Shown: positions 29,036-40,842 of the stretch, in pieces | Numbering within the stretch: the first letter of the stretch is position 1 | Layout of the letters: the number at the start of each line of letters is the position of its first letter | NCBI GenBank assembly: GCA_963665125.2 | Contig: CAXXUK010000002.1 | Span: forward strand, 64,001-128,000 | Reading direction: 5' to 3' | Length of the DNA: 64,000 nt | Source of the DNA: an uncultured Desulfarculus sp. | GTDB taxonomy: Bacteria > Desulfobacterota > Desulfarculia > Desulfarculales > Desulfarculaceae | The notes under the pieces: model-generated | Seen by the model: only the letters and a program-made list of their open reading frames with translations | The model's database searches: none | What the model was told of the DNA's origin: nothing | Program-made: the position numbers and the translations under genes

Positions 29036-30166
29036 ATGGATCACGAGCCTCAACGCATAGACGAATGCATCGACCAGCTTCGGGAAGCCGTGCAGGAGTT
29101 GGAAAAGTTCCGGCGCATTGTTGATACAGCCGAAGATGCGGTGATTACGGTTGACGAAAACCAGGAACTGGTTTTCATCAACCGGGCAGCCGAAAAGATG
29201 TTCGGCTATACCAGGGAGGAACTACTGGGCCGCGACATGGGCCCGCTGATTCCCGTGGACCTGCGCAAAAGCCATCACGGCTATATCGAACGCGTCATCA
29301 AAACCGGCCGCCAGCGCACCATGGGCCATCCATTTCAAATGGAAGCCCAACACCGCGACGGAACCAAATTTCCGGTGCACCTGACCTTCAGCGTTGCCGA
29401 GGTCGACGGACAATACCTGTTTACGGCCATCATGCGCGACCTGAGCGAAAAGCAGGGCCTGACCGAAAAGATCAAGCGGGCCGAGACTCTGGCCGTGGTG
29501 GGCCAGATGGTGGCCACGGTTGGCCACGAGGTGCGCCAGCCCCTGACCTCCATCGGCGGATTCGCCCGCCAGTTGACCAAGGAAACCCAGCTTTCCGAAC
29601 ACGCCAAACGCAAGCTGCAGATCATCGTTGACGAGGTGGCCCGCCTGGAGCGCATGCTCGGCGAACTCAACGACCTTTCGCGGCCCGTGGAATACAATTG
29701 GAATGAAACCGACATGGGCCAGGTGCTCGACGATGTCCTGGAGGGCCTGTCCCCGGAGATCACCAACAGCGGCGCCAACCTGAGCGTAAGCAAGTCCGAA
29801 GGCCTGCCCAAGGTTTTGGCCGACAAGGACCGTCTGGGACAGGTGGTGCGCAATCTGCTGGTCAACGCCATGCAGGCCGGCGGCGACGAGCCGGTGCTGG
29901 GAATCAACGTCGGCCCCGGCCCGGACGGCGGCGTTCAGGTTCAGATCCGTGATAAGGGGCCCGGCATCGCGCCCGAGGCCCTGAGCCAGATATTCAAGCC
30001 GTTTTTCACCACCAAAAAAGGCGGAACCGGCTTGGGCTTGGCCGTGGCCCGGCGCATAATCAATGACCACGACGGCACGATCAACCTGGAAAACGGCCCT
30101 CAGGGCGGGGCGGTGGCCACGATTTTATTGCCCGCGTCCAGCAACCGTTTAGCCGCGCAAGGTTGA
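29036..30166 (+). CDS. Cytoplasmic PAS sensor histidine kinase
   Basis: PAS (NRAAEKMFGY), HEVRQPL H-box, FKPFFTTKKGGTGLGL. Confidence 0.92.
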   Translation: MDHEPQRIDECIDQLREAVQELEKFRRIVDTAEDAVITVDENQELVFINRAAEKMFGYTREELLGRDMGPLIPVDLRKSHHGYIERVIKTGRQRTMGHPFQMEAQHRDGTKFPVHLTFSVAEVDGQYLFTAIMRDLSEKQGLTEKIKRAETLAVVGQMVATVGHEVRQPLTSIGGFARQLTKETQLSEHAKRKLQIIVDEVARLERMLGELNDLSRPVEYNWNETDMGQVLDDVLEGLSPEITNSGANLSVSKSEGLPKVLADKDRLGQVVRNLLVNAMQAGGDEPVLGINVGPGPDGGVQVQIRDKGPGIAPEALSQIFKPFFTTKKGGTGLGLAVARRIINDHDGTINLENGPQGGAVATILLPASSNRLAAQG

Positions 30167-30190
30167 CCCCCGGCCCCAAGGGGTTATAAT
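30163..30190 (+). promoter_or_regulatory. sigma70 promoter of the def operon
   Basis: TTGACC-16-TATAAT. Confidence 0.65.
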
Positions 30191-30227
30191 CCCAGTCATA
30201 GTTATAATCGCTACGACCGAGGTTCAG

Positions 30228-30740
30228 ATGGCTATTTTGCCGATATTGAAATATCCTGATTCCGTGCTGGCCAAAAAGTGCGCCGATATCGGGCAGATCG
30301 ACGATGATCTCCGCACCCTGGCCCAGGACATGATAGATACGATGTACGACGCCCCCGGCGTGGGTTTGGCCGCGCCACAAGTGGGCAAAAGCATCCGGCT
30401 GGTGGTGGTTGACACGGCTCCGGAAGAGGAGCGGGGCAACCCCATGGTGCTGATCAACCCCAGGATCACTTCCAAGGCCGGGCAAATCATTTGGGACGAG
30501 GCCTGCCTTTCGGTGCCGGATTATTCCGCCGACGTGGTTCGGGCCTCCGAGGTCACCGTGGAGGCCCTCGACCTGGAAGGCAACGAGATCGTCATCGAGG
30601 CCCAGGGTCTGTCGGCCGTTTGCCTGCAACACGAGCTCGACCATTTGGACGGCATATTGTTTATCGACCACATCAGCAACCTCAAGCGTTCGTTGTACCG
30701 TAAAAAACGCCTTAAACAGCTCAAGCGGGCGGAGGACTGA
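30228..30740 (+). CDS. def: Peptide deformylase
   Basis: GVGLAAPQ, EACLS, QHELDH. Confidence 0.97.
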   Translation: MAILPILKYPDSVLAKKCADIGQIDDDLRTLAQDMIDTMYDAPGVGLAAPQVGKSIRLVVVDTAPEEERGNPMVLINPRITSKAGQIIWDEACLSVPDYSADVVRASEVTVEALDLEGNEIVIEAQGLSAVCLQHELDHLDGILFIDHISNLKRSLYRKKRLKQLKRAED

Positions 30741-31684
30741 TGCGTCCCCTGAAGCTTGTGTTCATGGGCACGCCGGATATAGCCGTGCCGACTCTGCGGG
30801 CCGCGGCCGCCGCGGGCCATGAGATCGCCCTGGTGATCACACGGCCCGACCGCCCGGCCGGCAGGGGCCGCAAGCTGCGCCGGGGCGATGTGGCCGCCGC
30901 AGCCGATGAATTGGGCCTGAGCGTGGCCCAGCCCGACGATGTTTCGGGCATGGCCGGCGAGATCGGCGCCATCGGCCCCGACGCTATGGTGGTGTTGGCC
31001 TTTGGCCAGATCCTGCCGCCGCAGATCCTTTCCATCGCCCCCATGGGCTGCATCAACGTGCATTTTTCCCTGCTGCCCCAACTCCGGGGGGCCGCGCCCA
31101 TTCAGCAGGCCGTTTTGCAGGGTCTGGACGCCACCGGCGTCAGCACCATGTTCATGGACCAGGGTTTGGACACCGGCGACGTGATCCTCCAAGAGGTGAC
31201 CGCCATCGAGCCCATTGATACGGCGGGCACCCTGGCCGACAAACTGGCCCAAAGCGGGGCCCGGCTCCTGGTGCGCACCCTGGAGATGATCGCCGACGGC
31301 GCGGCGGTGCGCACGCCCCAGGACAACGCCCAGAGCACCTACGCCCGCCGCCTGAACAAGGCCGAGGGCCTGGTGGATTTCAGCCGTCCGGCCAGGGAAC
31401 TCGATTGGCACGTGCGGGGCATGGACCCCTGGCCCGCCGCGTTCGTGGACACGCCCGCCGGGCCGTTGCGCCTGTTCGGCCCCACAATGGTCCTGGCTGA
31501 CGCCGCCGGGTCCGCGCCGGGAGTGCTCATCGATGCGCCGGGGCCGGACATGCTGGCCGTTGCCTGCGGAAGTGGGGCCTTGGCCGTGGGCCAGGCCCAG
31601 GCGCCGGGCAAGCGACGCATGAGCGCGGGCGATTTCCTGCGCGGCGCCCGGCTGAAGCCCGGCGATAGGCTGGACGGCCGATGA
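30740..31684 (+). CDS. fmt: Methionyl-tRNA formyltransferase
   Basis: FMGTPD, PDRPAGRG, NVHFSLLP..RGAAPI, GLDTGD. Confidence 0.96.
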   Translation: MRPLKLVFMGTPDIAVPTLRAAAAAGHEIALVITRPDRPAGRGRKLRRGDVAAAADELGLSVAQPDDVSGMAGEIGAIGPDAMVVLAFGQILPPQILSIAPMGCINVHFSLLPQLRGAAPIQQAVLQGLDATGVSTMFMDQGLDTGDVILQEVTAIEPIDTAGTLADKLAQSGARLLVRTLEMIADGAAVRTPQDNAQSTYARRLNKAEGLVDFSRPARELDWHVRGMDPWPAAFVDTPAGPLRLFGPTMVLADAAGSAPGVLIDAPGPDMLAVACGSGALAVGQAQAPGKRRMSAGDFLRGARLKPGDRLDGR

Positions 31685-33012
31685 ACCCCCGCCGCCTAGC
31701 CCTGAAAGTACTGATCGATCTGGATCTTACTCCAAAGCATCTGGAGCACCTGCTTTCGCTACACCTGGACAAACACTCCGGGGCCCAGCAGAGGGACAGG
31801 TCCATGGCGGCCAATCTGGTGTATGCCGTGCTGCGTCACCGCCTGCGCCTGGATTACCTGATAAAACCCTTTGTCAACCGGCCCATGGACAAGCTGGACC
31901 TGCCTGTCCTGTCCGCTTTGCGCATGGGCGTGGCGGACCTGGTAATACTGGAGAGCCCGGCCCATGCCGCGGTTGATTCCGCCGTGGACGCGGCCAAGGC
32001 CTGTGGAGCGGGCAGGGCGGCCGGCATGGTCAACGGCGTATTGCGTTCGCTGTCCAGAGCAATGCCGGCGGCGGCCCAGTTGCCCCATATAGACGAGCCG
32101 GCCGCCCGACTGGCCATAACCTATTCCCATCCCCAATGGATTGTCGATGATCTGCTTGCGCAGTGGGGCCCGGAAAAGTTGGAACCATGGCTGGAGGCCA
32201 ACCAGAGTCAACAGCCGGTGACCCTGCGGGCCAACACCCTGCGCACCAGCCGGGGTGAACTGAAAGAGTTGCTGGCCGACTCGGTGGACGCGGCTTTTGA
32301 TCATCCCCTGGCGCCCGACGGCTTGATCATCAAGGGTTCCCGGGGGCCCCTGGAACTGCTTCCCGGCTTTGATGACGGCCTGTGGCAGGCCCAGGACGCC
32401 GGAGCCCAGGCCCTGAGCCGCCTGTTGGGCGTGCTGCCCGGCATGAAGGTCCTTGACCTCTGCGCCGGGGCCGGGGGCAAGACCGGCCATCTGGCCGCGC
32501 TGATGCAAAACCGGGGAGAGGTGGTGGCCGTGGACAAGTCGCCGGGCCGCATCCGGGCTTTGCGAAACAACATGGCCCGGTTGGGCGCCGAGATAGTCCG
32601 CGTCGCCGAGGCCGACGGCCAGGACTATGACCCCAGAGGCCTGACCTATGACGCCATTTTGGTGGACGCGCCCTGCTCGGGGCTGGGGGTCCTGGGCCGC
32701 AGGCCCGACGCCCGCTGGCGCAGGTCGTCCGGCGACAGTAGGCGGCTGGCCGAACTGCAACTGCGTTTGTTGGGGCACGCCGCCCGCATGCTGGCCTCCG
32801 GCGGCGCGCTATTGTATTGCACCTGCACCGTGACCAAGACCGAAAACGAGGACGTGGTGGGGCGGCTGTTGGACGGACAAAAGGATCTCCAGCCGGATTG
32901 GCAGGGAGCCGAGACCTTCGGCTGCCTGGACGACGACGGATTCTGGCGCAGCTTCCCCCGTTCCATGCAGGCTGATTCGTTTTTCGCCGCCCGCCTGGTG
33001 CGCCGGTCTTAA
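31681..33012 (+). CDS. rsmB: 16S rRNA m5C967 methyltransferase
   Basis: NusB-like N-terminus, YSHP.W, DLCAGAGGKT, DAPCSGLG, YCTCT..ENE; after def-fmt. Confidence 0.92.
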   Translation: MNPRRLALKVLIDLDLTPKHLEHLLSLHLDKHSGAQQRDRSMAANLVYAVLRHRLRLDYLIKPFVNRPMDKLDLPVLSALRMGVADLVILESPAHAAVDSAVDAAKACGAGRAAGMVNGVLRSLSRAMPAAAQLPHIDEPAARLAITYSHPQWIVDDLLAQWGPEKLEPWLEANQSQQPVTLRANTLRTSRGELKELLADSVDAAFDHPLAPDGLIIKGSRGPLELLPGFDDGLWQAQDAGAQALSRLLGVLPGMKVLDLCAGAGGKTGHLAALMQNRGEVVAVDKSPGRIRALRNNMARLGAEIVRVAEADGQDYDPRGLTYDAILVDAPCSGLGVLGRRPDARWRRSSGDSRRLAELQLRLLGHAARMLASGGALLYCTCTVTKTENEDVVGRLLDGQKDLQPDWQGAETFGCLDDDGFWRSFPRSMQADSFFAARLVRRS

Positions 33013-33119
33013 CCTCTGCGGCTTGGTTTGTCCGGCCTGCGGCCGCCCTCCTGTTTTTGTATGTTGATTTGAGCGGCCCCTGTGGTAAACAACAGGCCAA
33101 AGCTTTTCGCCCCTGACCA

Positions 33120-33791
<672 letters not shown>

Positions 33792-33795
33792 TCCC

Positions 33796-34326
33796 ATGCC
33801 TGTGGCCACGGCCCGGACCAGAGACTTTGGGCTCCTGGGCCTGTGGCTAGCCTTTATTCTCTGTTGCACCTTTTTCGGGCGCATGGTCAGCCCCCTGTTG
33901 GAGGGCCCCCAGAACCGGATGCGCACCTACGCCCTGGTGGCCGCCTCCGGCGTGGCCGCCGCCGCCGTGGCCCTGGCCAGGCTGCGCAGGCTGCCCCACG
34001 CCAAACGCGGGGCATCCCTGGCCTGGCTGACGGTCAGCGCCGTGGCCCTGGGCCTTTTGGCCTGGGCCCAGGCCAACCACGTCGAGTCGACCCATGTGGT
34101 GATTTTCGGCGTGTTGGGCGCACTGGCCTGGCGGGCGGCGGGTCACCGCTTTTCCGGCTGGGCCCGCCTGGCCGCGGCAATGTTCTTTTGCGCGGCAGTG
34201 GGGGCCGGAGACGAAATCATCCAGTATCTGCATCCCCAGCGCTACGGCGATCTGCACGACGTGGCCACCAACACCGCCGCCTCGTGGATCGGCTGCCTGG
34301 GCTGCCGCCTAAGCCGCATCGCCTAA
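33796..34326 (+). CDS. VanZ-family membrane protein
   Basis: Hydrophobic; DEIIQYLHPQRYGDLHDVATN. Confidence 0.75.
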   Translation: MPVATARTRDFGLLGLWLAFILCCTFFGRMVSPLLEGPQNRMRTYALVAASGVAAAAVALARLRRLPHAKRGASLAWLTVSAVALGLLAWAQANHVESTHVVIFGVLGALAWRAAGHRFSGWARLAAAMFFCAAVGAGDEIIQYLHPQRYGDLHDVATNTAASWIGCLGCRLSRIA

Positions 34327-34361
34327 ACCATTTTGGCTTGAGCGCATAAAAGGAGGATGTC

Positions 34362-34610
34362 ATGGTCAAACTGCGCAAGCGTATGACGCCGCTCTTGGGG
34401 GCCGTTATGTTGGCTGCGGTCCTTCTGGCCGGGAACGCTCCGGCCGTCGAACCGGTCGCCACGACCGAATATCATGGCAATGTCAAGTCGCACGTATTTC
34501 ACCGGCCCGGTTGCCGCTATTATTCCTGCAAGAGCTATACGATAGTCTTTACGTCGAGAGAACAGGCCTTGGCCGCCGGATACCGCCCTTGCAAAGTCTG
34601 CCAGCCTTAA
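34362..34610 (+). CDS. Secreted Ada metal-binding domain protein
   Basis: Signal peptide; YHGN..SHVFHRPGC..C, GYRPCKVCQP; RBS AAGGAGG. Confidence 0.85.
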   Translation: MVKLRKRMTPLLGAVMLAAVLLAGNAPAVEPVATTEYHGNVKSHVFHRPGCRYYSCKSYTIVFTSREQALAAGYRPCKVCQP

Positions 34611-34837
34611 CCGGCGGAACCATGCCCACCCTGTCCGGTTGTCATGCCTGAGTCGAACGCCTTCTTCGGACTGTAAACCGCCCGTCCAAACAGGTTATAC
34701 TGCCATGAATCCGCATGGGGTGCGTCCCCTTTGACGGGATTCACCGATATGGTCCTCACCCGGCGCCAATCGCATCACGAGCTAACCGGACCTTGCATCT
34801 CACCGCCTTATCCGCAGGCCATAATACGGGGGAGGAT

Positions 34838-36436
34838 ATGTTCGACTATATCGTCATCGGCGGAGGGTCCGCCGGTTGCGTGTTGGCCAACCGGCTGACG
34901 GAAAATCCGGCCAACTCGGTCTGCCTTTTGGAGGCCGGGCCCACGGACCGCACCTATTGGGTTCGCAGCTGCAATCCCTTGAACATGCTCTACCTGATGA
35001 ACAGCCGGAAATACAACTGGCTGTATTCAACCCAACCATGCCCCAAAACAGGTGACCGCCGTTTTTTCTGGCCCAGGGGAAAAACCCTGGGCGGATCGAG
35101 TTCGGTGAACGCCATGATCTACACCCGGGGACACCGCTGGGACTATGATCACTGGGCCGAGCTGGGAAACAAGGGCTGGGACTATGAGTCCGTGCTGCCC
35201 TGGTTTTTAAAATCCGAAAGGCAGCAGCGGGGAGCCGACGACTTCCACAACGCCGACGGCTGCATGGACGTGGTGGACACCACCTTCAACTTCCCGGCCA
35301 GCCGCGCCTTTGTGGAGGCCTGCCGGCAGGCGGGCTTCCCCCATAATACGGATATGAACGGCGAGATCCAGGAGGGTTGCGGGCTGTTTCAGGTCAACCA
35401 GACGCCGGAGGGCAAACGCTGTCATGCCGCGGTGTCCCATCTGGACCAGGCCCTGCCCCGCCCCAATCTGACGGTGTTGACCAACACCTATGTCACCCGG
35501 ATCACCTTTGACGGCAAACGGGCCACCGGCGTGGAATATGCCGAAGGCAAGCCCGGACGGCACCGGGTGGCGCTGACGGCCAACAAAGAGGTGCTGCTCA
35601 GCGCCGGGGTGATCAATTCGCCGCAACTACTCAAGCTGTCGGGCATAGGGCCCCGGGATGAATTGAAACACCACGGCATACCGCTGGTGCATGACCTGCC
35701 CGGCGTTGGCGAAAACCTCCAGGATCACCCTGATGTCATCGTCCGCAGCCTGGACAAATCCAGGACCTCGTTTTGCACTTCGCCCGGTCCCTACACCTTG
35801 CGATTTTTGTCGCGGTATATCAGTAAAAACCCGCCTTTTGTCTTCACCCCCACCGATGCGGGCGGGTTTGTAAAATCCGATCCGGGGCAGCCCATACCGG
35901 ATTTGCAGCTTCAGTTCGCGGCCGTGCGCATGCAGCCCCACGGCAAGGGCCTTTTCACCCCGGCCCGCTTCGGTTTTGTCCTGCACGTCTGCCACATGCG
36001 GCCGGCCAGCCGGGGGCGCGTCTCGCTCAGATCGGCCGACCCTTTTGACCGGCCCTTTATCGAACCGAACTATTTTGAAAACGAGATGGAGTTGGATGCC
36101 CTGGTCAACGGGGTGAAGATAGTGCGGGATGTGCTGTCCCAGCCCGCCATGGCGCCATTTAGCGGCGGCGAGGAGGTTCCCGGCGACGCGGTCCGCTCGG
36201 ACGACGACATCCGGCGTTTTATCCTGGAAAAGGTGGAAACGGTCTACCATACCGCCGGATCATGCAAGATGGGGGTCGATGAAATGGCGGTCGTGGACCC
36301 GGAGCTGCGGGTGCATGGCCTGGAAAACCTGCGGGTGATCGATTCGGCGATCCTTCCCACCATCACCGGCAGCAATATCCACGGCCCCACGGTGATGATC
36401 GCCGAAAAAGGCGCGGACATGATCCTGAACGCCTGA
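34838..36436 (+). CDS. GMC-family oxidoreductase (choline/alcohol dehydrogenase-like)
   Basis: [47 protein letters not shown]. Confidence 0.92.
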   Translation: MFDYIVIGGGSAGCVLANRLTENPANSVCLLEAGPTDRTYWVRSCNPLNMLYLMNSRKYNWLYSTQPCPKTGDRRFFWPRGKTLGGSSSVNAMIYTRGHRWDYDHWAELGNKGWDYESVLPWFLKSERQQRGADDFHNADGCMDVVDTTFNFPASRAFVEACRQAGFPHNTDMNGEIQEGCGLFQVNQTPEGKRCHAAVSHLDQALPRPNLTVLTNTYVTRITFDGKRATGVEYAEGKPGRHRVALTANKEVLLSAGVINSPQLLKLSGIGPRDELKHHGIPLVHDLPGVGENLQDHPDVIVRSLDKSRTSFCTSPGPYTLRFLSRYISKNPPFVFTPTDAGGFVKSDPGQPIPDLQLQFAAVRMQPHGKGLFTPARFGFVLHVCHMRPASRGRVSLRSADPFDRPFIEPNYFENEMELDALVNGVKIVRDVLSQPAMAPFSGGEEVPGDAVRSDDDIRRFILEKVETVYHTAGSCKMGVDEMAVVDPELRVHGLENLRVIDSAILPTITGSNIHGPTVMIAEKGADMILNA

Positions 36437-36493
36437 CGCCTCGGCCAAACCAGCCGGTGCGGGGCTTCATCCAAAATTGGAGTCGGCGCCGGG

Positions 36494-39343
36494 CTAGTCT
36501 TTTTCCACCGCCCTTAGCAGCTCGCCGCGTTCCACGGGCTTACGGATGATCATGTCCGGTTTGGGGATGTCCGGCGGCGGCACCATGCCCACACTGTCGA
36601 GGCTCCACCCGGTCACCACCACGAACGGCGTGTGTTTGTGCTGGTCGGCTCCGTTGTTTTTCATGGCCCTGGCCACATCCCAGGCCGAACCGTCGGGCAG
36701 GCCCTGATCGCATATGACCACATCGGGCCATTGTCTTTTCAAGGCCAGCCTGGCCTGGGCCACGTTGGCGGCGTGGCGGACGTTGTGCCCGGCCTGGGTC
36801 AGCACCGCTTCGGCGCCCATGGCCACCAGGGCCTCGTCCTCCACCAACAACACCGTGCGGGGTCTGCCGTTGCCCCTGGGCCTTGCCTCGGCCTGGGGCC
36901 TGGGCCGTGGTTCGGCAAGGGGTAGGCGAACGGTGAAAACCGCTCCGCCCTCTTGGCGGTTTTGGGCTTCGATGGAGCCGCCATGGGCCATGATGACGCC
37001 CTTGCAGCTGGCCAGGCCCAGTCCCTTGCCCCGCACGCCCTTGGTGCTGAAAAACGGCTCGAACAGCCGGGGCAGGTTCTCGGGATCAATGCCGGGGCCG
37101 TTGTCGGCGACCCTGATACAGGCCATGCCTTGCTCGACAACGCCCGCGATCTCTATTTCGCCGTTTTTACCGGAAGCCTCAATGGCGTTGCTGAGCAGGT
37201 TCAGGAACACGTCAACCAATTCACCGCGATGACCGTTGGTCCACAGGCTGTCGGGCAAATCGGCCGCGATGAACCGGCTCCGCTCATGTTTGGTGGTTGC
37301 TTCCACCAGATCCAAGGCCGTATGCACCACCTCGGCCAGGGGCAACACTTCACGCCCGGTGTTGTCTTGGACGCCCGAAACCAAAAACGCTTCCAGGCGT
37401 TTGACCATGTCCTGGCCGTTGGAGGCGGCCCTGGCCACGTTGCCCAACAGCTTTATCTCGCGGCGGCTGGCCTGGCGACTTTGCATCAGATCTTCAAGGG
37501 CCTGGGCGTTGCCGGTTATGGCCATGAGCAGGTTGTTGAAATTGTGGGTCACGCTGGCCGTGGCCTGACGGATGCGCTCCCTGGCCGCGTCACGCCGGCT
37601 GGAATCCCGCAGGAAGCAGATGATCTTGTGGCTGCCTTCGATCTCGACCACCGAAGCGGACACGTCACAGTGCATGGGCCTGCCGCTAGTGGTAAGCAGG
37701 GCCACATCACGGGTTCTTATGGTCTGGCCCGGCTCAAGGTCTTCTATGATCAGGGCCAGCTTGCCCATTTTGGTGCAGGCCCAGTCTTGGAGTTTGCCCT
37801 GGGACGGGTCTTGGGGACCGGAAAAACCAAGCAGGCCGCTTGCCGCGGGATTGATATAGACAATGTCCTTGCGGGGGTAGTCAAAGATAAGCATTCCGCC
37901 GGGCATATTTTCCAGCACACCGCGGTGGAACTGTTCGCTGCGCCGCAAAGCCGCCTCGGCCTTGAGTTGTTCGGTTACGTCCACGCCGGACACCACTACG
38001 AATTCGACCCCTCCACTATCGTCCCTTATGGCATTGGCCGACCACTGGATTGAAATTCTGCCTCCGTCCTTGGTGAGCAACTGGCTCAATCTCTCATTGG
38101 GAAACTGCATGGTGTTGAGGCTTGAAATGTAGTTTTTTGCTCTCTGCCGTCTTTCCGGAGGAACGAGGCAATCCAAGGCGTACAGGCCTACCAACTTTTC
38201 CATGGAGTGTCCGGTTGCCTTTTCCGAGGCCTTATTAAAGAAAACGATTCGCCCACGGGCGTCAATCACCATGGTCAAGGTGGTTGTCGAATCCAGCACG
38301 GCATTGCTGAAGTCAAGTTGGCGGTATAATTCCCTCTCGGCCATTTTCTGGCGGGTTACATCCTGTACCGCCCCCCATTCAGGCCAGCCCTCCAGAGGTG
38401 CCGTGGCACCCATGGCATGCAGGATGATATGCCGTGTTTCGCCGTTTTTTCGCGCCAAGGTCAACGGGACTCCGCGGGAAAGGTTGGACTCGTCCAAGCC
38501 GAGCACCCGCTGATCCTGGAGGTCGAACATTTGTTTGATGGCTTGTCCCATATCGCGGAACTCGGTGGCGCGATACCCGGTGAGTTTTGCGGCGGCGCGG
38601 TTCCACAGACCGGGCCTTCCCTGCCAGTCAAAGGCGTAAACTGCAATGGGCAAATTGCCCAGGGCGGCCTCCAGCCGTTCTTGCTGGCTGATCAGTTCAT
38701 CCTGGGAACGGCGGAGGTTGTGGTGCATTTGCTGGTAAAAGGCCACCAGCAGGAATATGGCCGTAAAAACCTCGCAGGCCGTACCGGACAACAGGCCCCA
38801 GGCCATTGTCTCGGGGGTGGGCGTTATCAGGATCGTGACCAGGATCTGTTGGACCAGACCCCAAAAGACCAGGGCGGCTCCGGCGGCGAACCTGGGCCAG
38901 GGTTCCAGGTGCCCGGCCTGCAATAGGCGCAGCCCGGCCGCGGCGTAGGTCAAACCCACGGCGATGCAGGCAGGGGCGATGATGATCTTGTGCGGCAGAC
39001 CAAAGGTCTGGGCGATCAGCGCGAAAAGAAACCCGCCCGCCATGGCCATGACCGGCCAGCGGGGGGCCTTGGCCGCGCTATCGAGAAAAACCAGGCTGCC
39101 CCACAGCAGCAGGTAGGCCCCCGCCGCCGCCAAAAGGCTGAAGGCGCGGACCAACATGTCGCCGGAGGAAAAATCCGACGGCAGTCCGATGACCAGAAGG
39201 TTGCGAACCGCGTAACAAAACCAGGCCGCGGTCCATAAGGCCAGGGCTTTGCGGCGGTGCAGGGCAAAAAGCTGGGCATAGACCAGCAGCAATACTCCGG
39301 TGGCCACGAACCCGGCGATGATTTTAGGGATAGACCATTCCAA
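36494..39343 (-). CDS. Hybrid membrane sensor kinase (7TM, 3 PAS, HK, REC)
   Basis: N-terminal TMs, PAS repeats, HNFNNLL, FEPFFSTKG..GLGL, C-terminal LLVEDE receiver. Confidence 0.9.
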   Translation of the reverse strand: MEWSIPKIIAGFVATGVLLLVYAQLFALHRRKALALWTAAWFCYAVRNLLVIGLPSDFSSGDMLVRAFSLLAAAGAYLLLWGSLVFLDSAAKAPRWPVMAMAGGFLFALIAQTFGLPHKIIIAPACIAVGLTYAAAGLRLLQAGHLEPWPRFAAGAALVFWGLVQQILVTILITPTPETMAWGLLSGTACEVFTAIFLLVAFYQQMHHNLRRSQDELISQQERLEAALGNLPIAVYAFDWQGRPGLWNRAAAKLTGYRATEFRDMGQAIKQMFDLQDQRVLGLDESNLSRGVPLTLARKNGETRHIILHAMGATAPLEGWPEWGAVQDVTRQKMAERELYRQLDFSNAVLDSTTTLTMVIDARGRIVFFNKASEKATGHSMEKLVGLYALDCLVPPERRQRAKNYISSLNTMQFPNERLSQLLTKDGGRISIQWSANAIRDDSGGVEFVVVSGVDVTEQLKAEAALRRSEQFHRGVLENMPGGMLIFDYPRKDIVYINPAASGLLGFSGPQDPSQGKLQDWACTKMGKLALIIEDLEPGQTIRTRDVALLTTSGRPMHCDVSASVVEIEGSHKIICFLRDSSRRDAARERIRQATASVTHNFNNLLMAITGNAQALEDLMQSRQASRREIKLLGNVARAASNGQDMVKRLEAFLVSGVQDNTGREVLPLAEVVHTALDLVEATTKHERSRFIAADLPDSLWTNGHRGELVDVFLNLLSNAIEASGKNGEIEIAGVVEQGMACIRVADNGPGIDPENLPRLFEPFFSTKGVRGKGLGLASCKGVIMAHGGSIEAQNRQEGGAVFTVRLPLAEPRPRPQAEARPRGNGRPRTVLLVEDEALVAMGAEAVLTQAGHNVRHAANVAQARLALKRQWPDVVICDQGLPDGSAWDVARAMKNNGADQHKHTPFVVVTGWSLDSVGMVPPPDIPKPDMIIRKPVERGELLRAVEKD

Positions 39344-39423
39344 GGTCGCTAATCCGCGTGATTCAGCATTAAAACCGTAGAGAATGGGTGATTTTAGTGC
39401 ATTTAACCGCTAATAGCAACCTG

Positions 39424-40118
39424 TTAGGGCACTTCGGCTTCCTGCCAGGAGTAGCAGGCGATGCCCGGGGTTTTTTCCACCTCGTCAAGCAGCTTGTTCC
39501 ATCTGCGTCCGGCAACGATCTTCAGGCGGAAATTGTAGTTGATGACATCGGTGGTGTGGCAATAGCTTTTTCCGGCAAATGCAATGGTGGCATGGTACTG
39601 AATCAGCAACTTGCGAACATCTTCGATAGCCTGATGGTCCATGGCTTCCAGCGACAAAACCACCTGTTGCTCATGAGAGACCAGGGCAGCCAAAATCGGA
39701 AATACGGCCAGAGCCACCAAGGTCGTGGCCACCGTGGCCATGGCTGGAATATAGAGTCCGGCGCCCACGGAAAGGCCCACGCCTGTAAGGAGCCACATGG
39801 CCGCGCCGGTGGTAACACCCCAGGCCGAGCGGCGGCCCTGGATGATGGCCCCGGCGCCCAAGAAGCCCATGCCGGCCATGGCGTAGGAGGGCAGCCGGGC
39901 CGGGTCCAGGCGCACCACCGAATCGGCGGCCTCGTCGGAAAACATCTGACCTAGGAATAACGAAAGGCTCATCACCAGGGCTCCGGCCATGCACACCAGC
40001 ATGCAGGAGCGCAGACCGGCGGCTTGCTGTGCCGCTCCCGTTCAAGGCCCACGAGCATGCCCAGACCGGCTGCAAACAATATGCGCACGACCATGGTTAT
40101 TTCGTCGACCGGAGCCAC
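39424..40118 (-). pseudogene. MgtC/SapB-family protein with apparent 1-nt frameshift near 40029
   Basis: GTG 40118 frame reads ..GLGMLVGLERERH; continuation QAAGLRSCMLV..GMGFLGAG is in another frame. Confidence 0.75.
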
Positions 40119-40134
40119 TGGCTGATTCCTTTCC

Positions 40135-40701
40135 TTAGAACTTAACCTTGGGTGCCTGCTGGGCCGGTGCGTCGGCCCTGAACATTTCCATGCGCTGGAA
40201 GCCCATCAAGCGGGCCAGGATCATGGTTGGCAGGGTTTCCACGGCCAGGTTGTAATCCTTGACAGCCCTGTTGAACCGGGTGCGGGCCACCGTGATGCGG
40301 TTTTCCGTGCCCTCGAGCTGGGCTTGCAAATCCAGGAAGTTCTGGTTGGCCTTGAGGTCGGGATAGCGCTCCACCACCACCATCAAACGGCCCAGGGCGC
40401 TTTGCATGGCAGCGTCGGCATCGAGCTTGCCTTGCAGGTCCTTTGCGTTGCCGAACTGGTTGCGGGCGGCGATGACGCCTTGCAGGGTTTCCTTTTCGTG
40501 GGCGGCATAGCCCTTGACCGTCTCCACCAGGTTGGGGATAAGGTCATAGCGCCGTTGCAGGTCGGTTTCGATGTTGGCTTGGGCCTCGGTTACGTTTTCC
40601 CGCAGGGTCTTGAGTTGGTTGTAGGGGCTGACGAACAGCCACAAAAACGCGATCAGGGCAATAACGCCGATACCGATAGCGACCTTTGCTCCCTTGCTCA
40701 T
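40135..40701 (-). CDS. lemA: LemA family protein
   Basis: LQRRYDLIPNLVETVKGYA, ERYPDLKANQNF, EGTENRI. Confidence 0.95.
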   Translation of the reverse strand: MSKGAKVAIGIGVIALIAFLWLFVSPYNQLKTLRENVTEAQANIETDLQRRYDLIPNLVETVKGYAAHEKETLQGVIAARNQFGNAKDLQGKLDADAAMQSALGRLMVVVERYPDLKANQNFLDLQAQLEGTENRITVARTRFNRAVKDYNLAVETLPTMILARLMGFQRMEMFRADAPAQQAPKVKF

Positions 40702-40842
40702 GGACACTCCCTCTGCTCCGCCCCGGATAGTCGCCGGGTTGTGATATTTTTCATTTTAACTAAAAAACCGCTCGACAAGGCAAGCTTTTGTTAACGAAAT
40801 ATTATACCAGCGCTGGCATATGGCGCAGGTATAACCGGCAAG

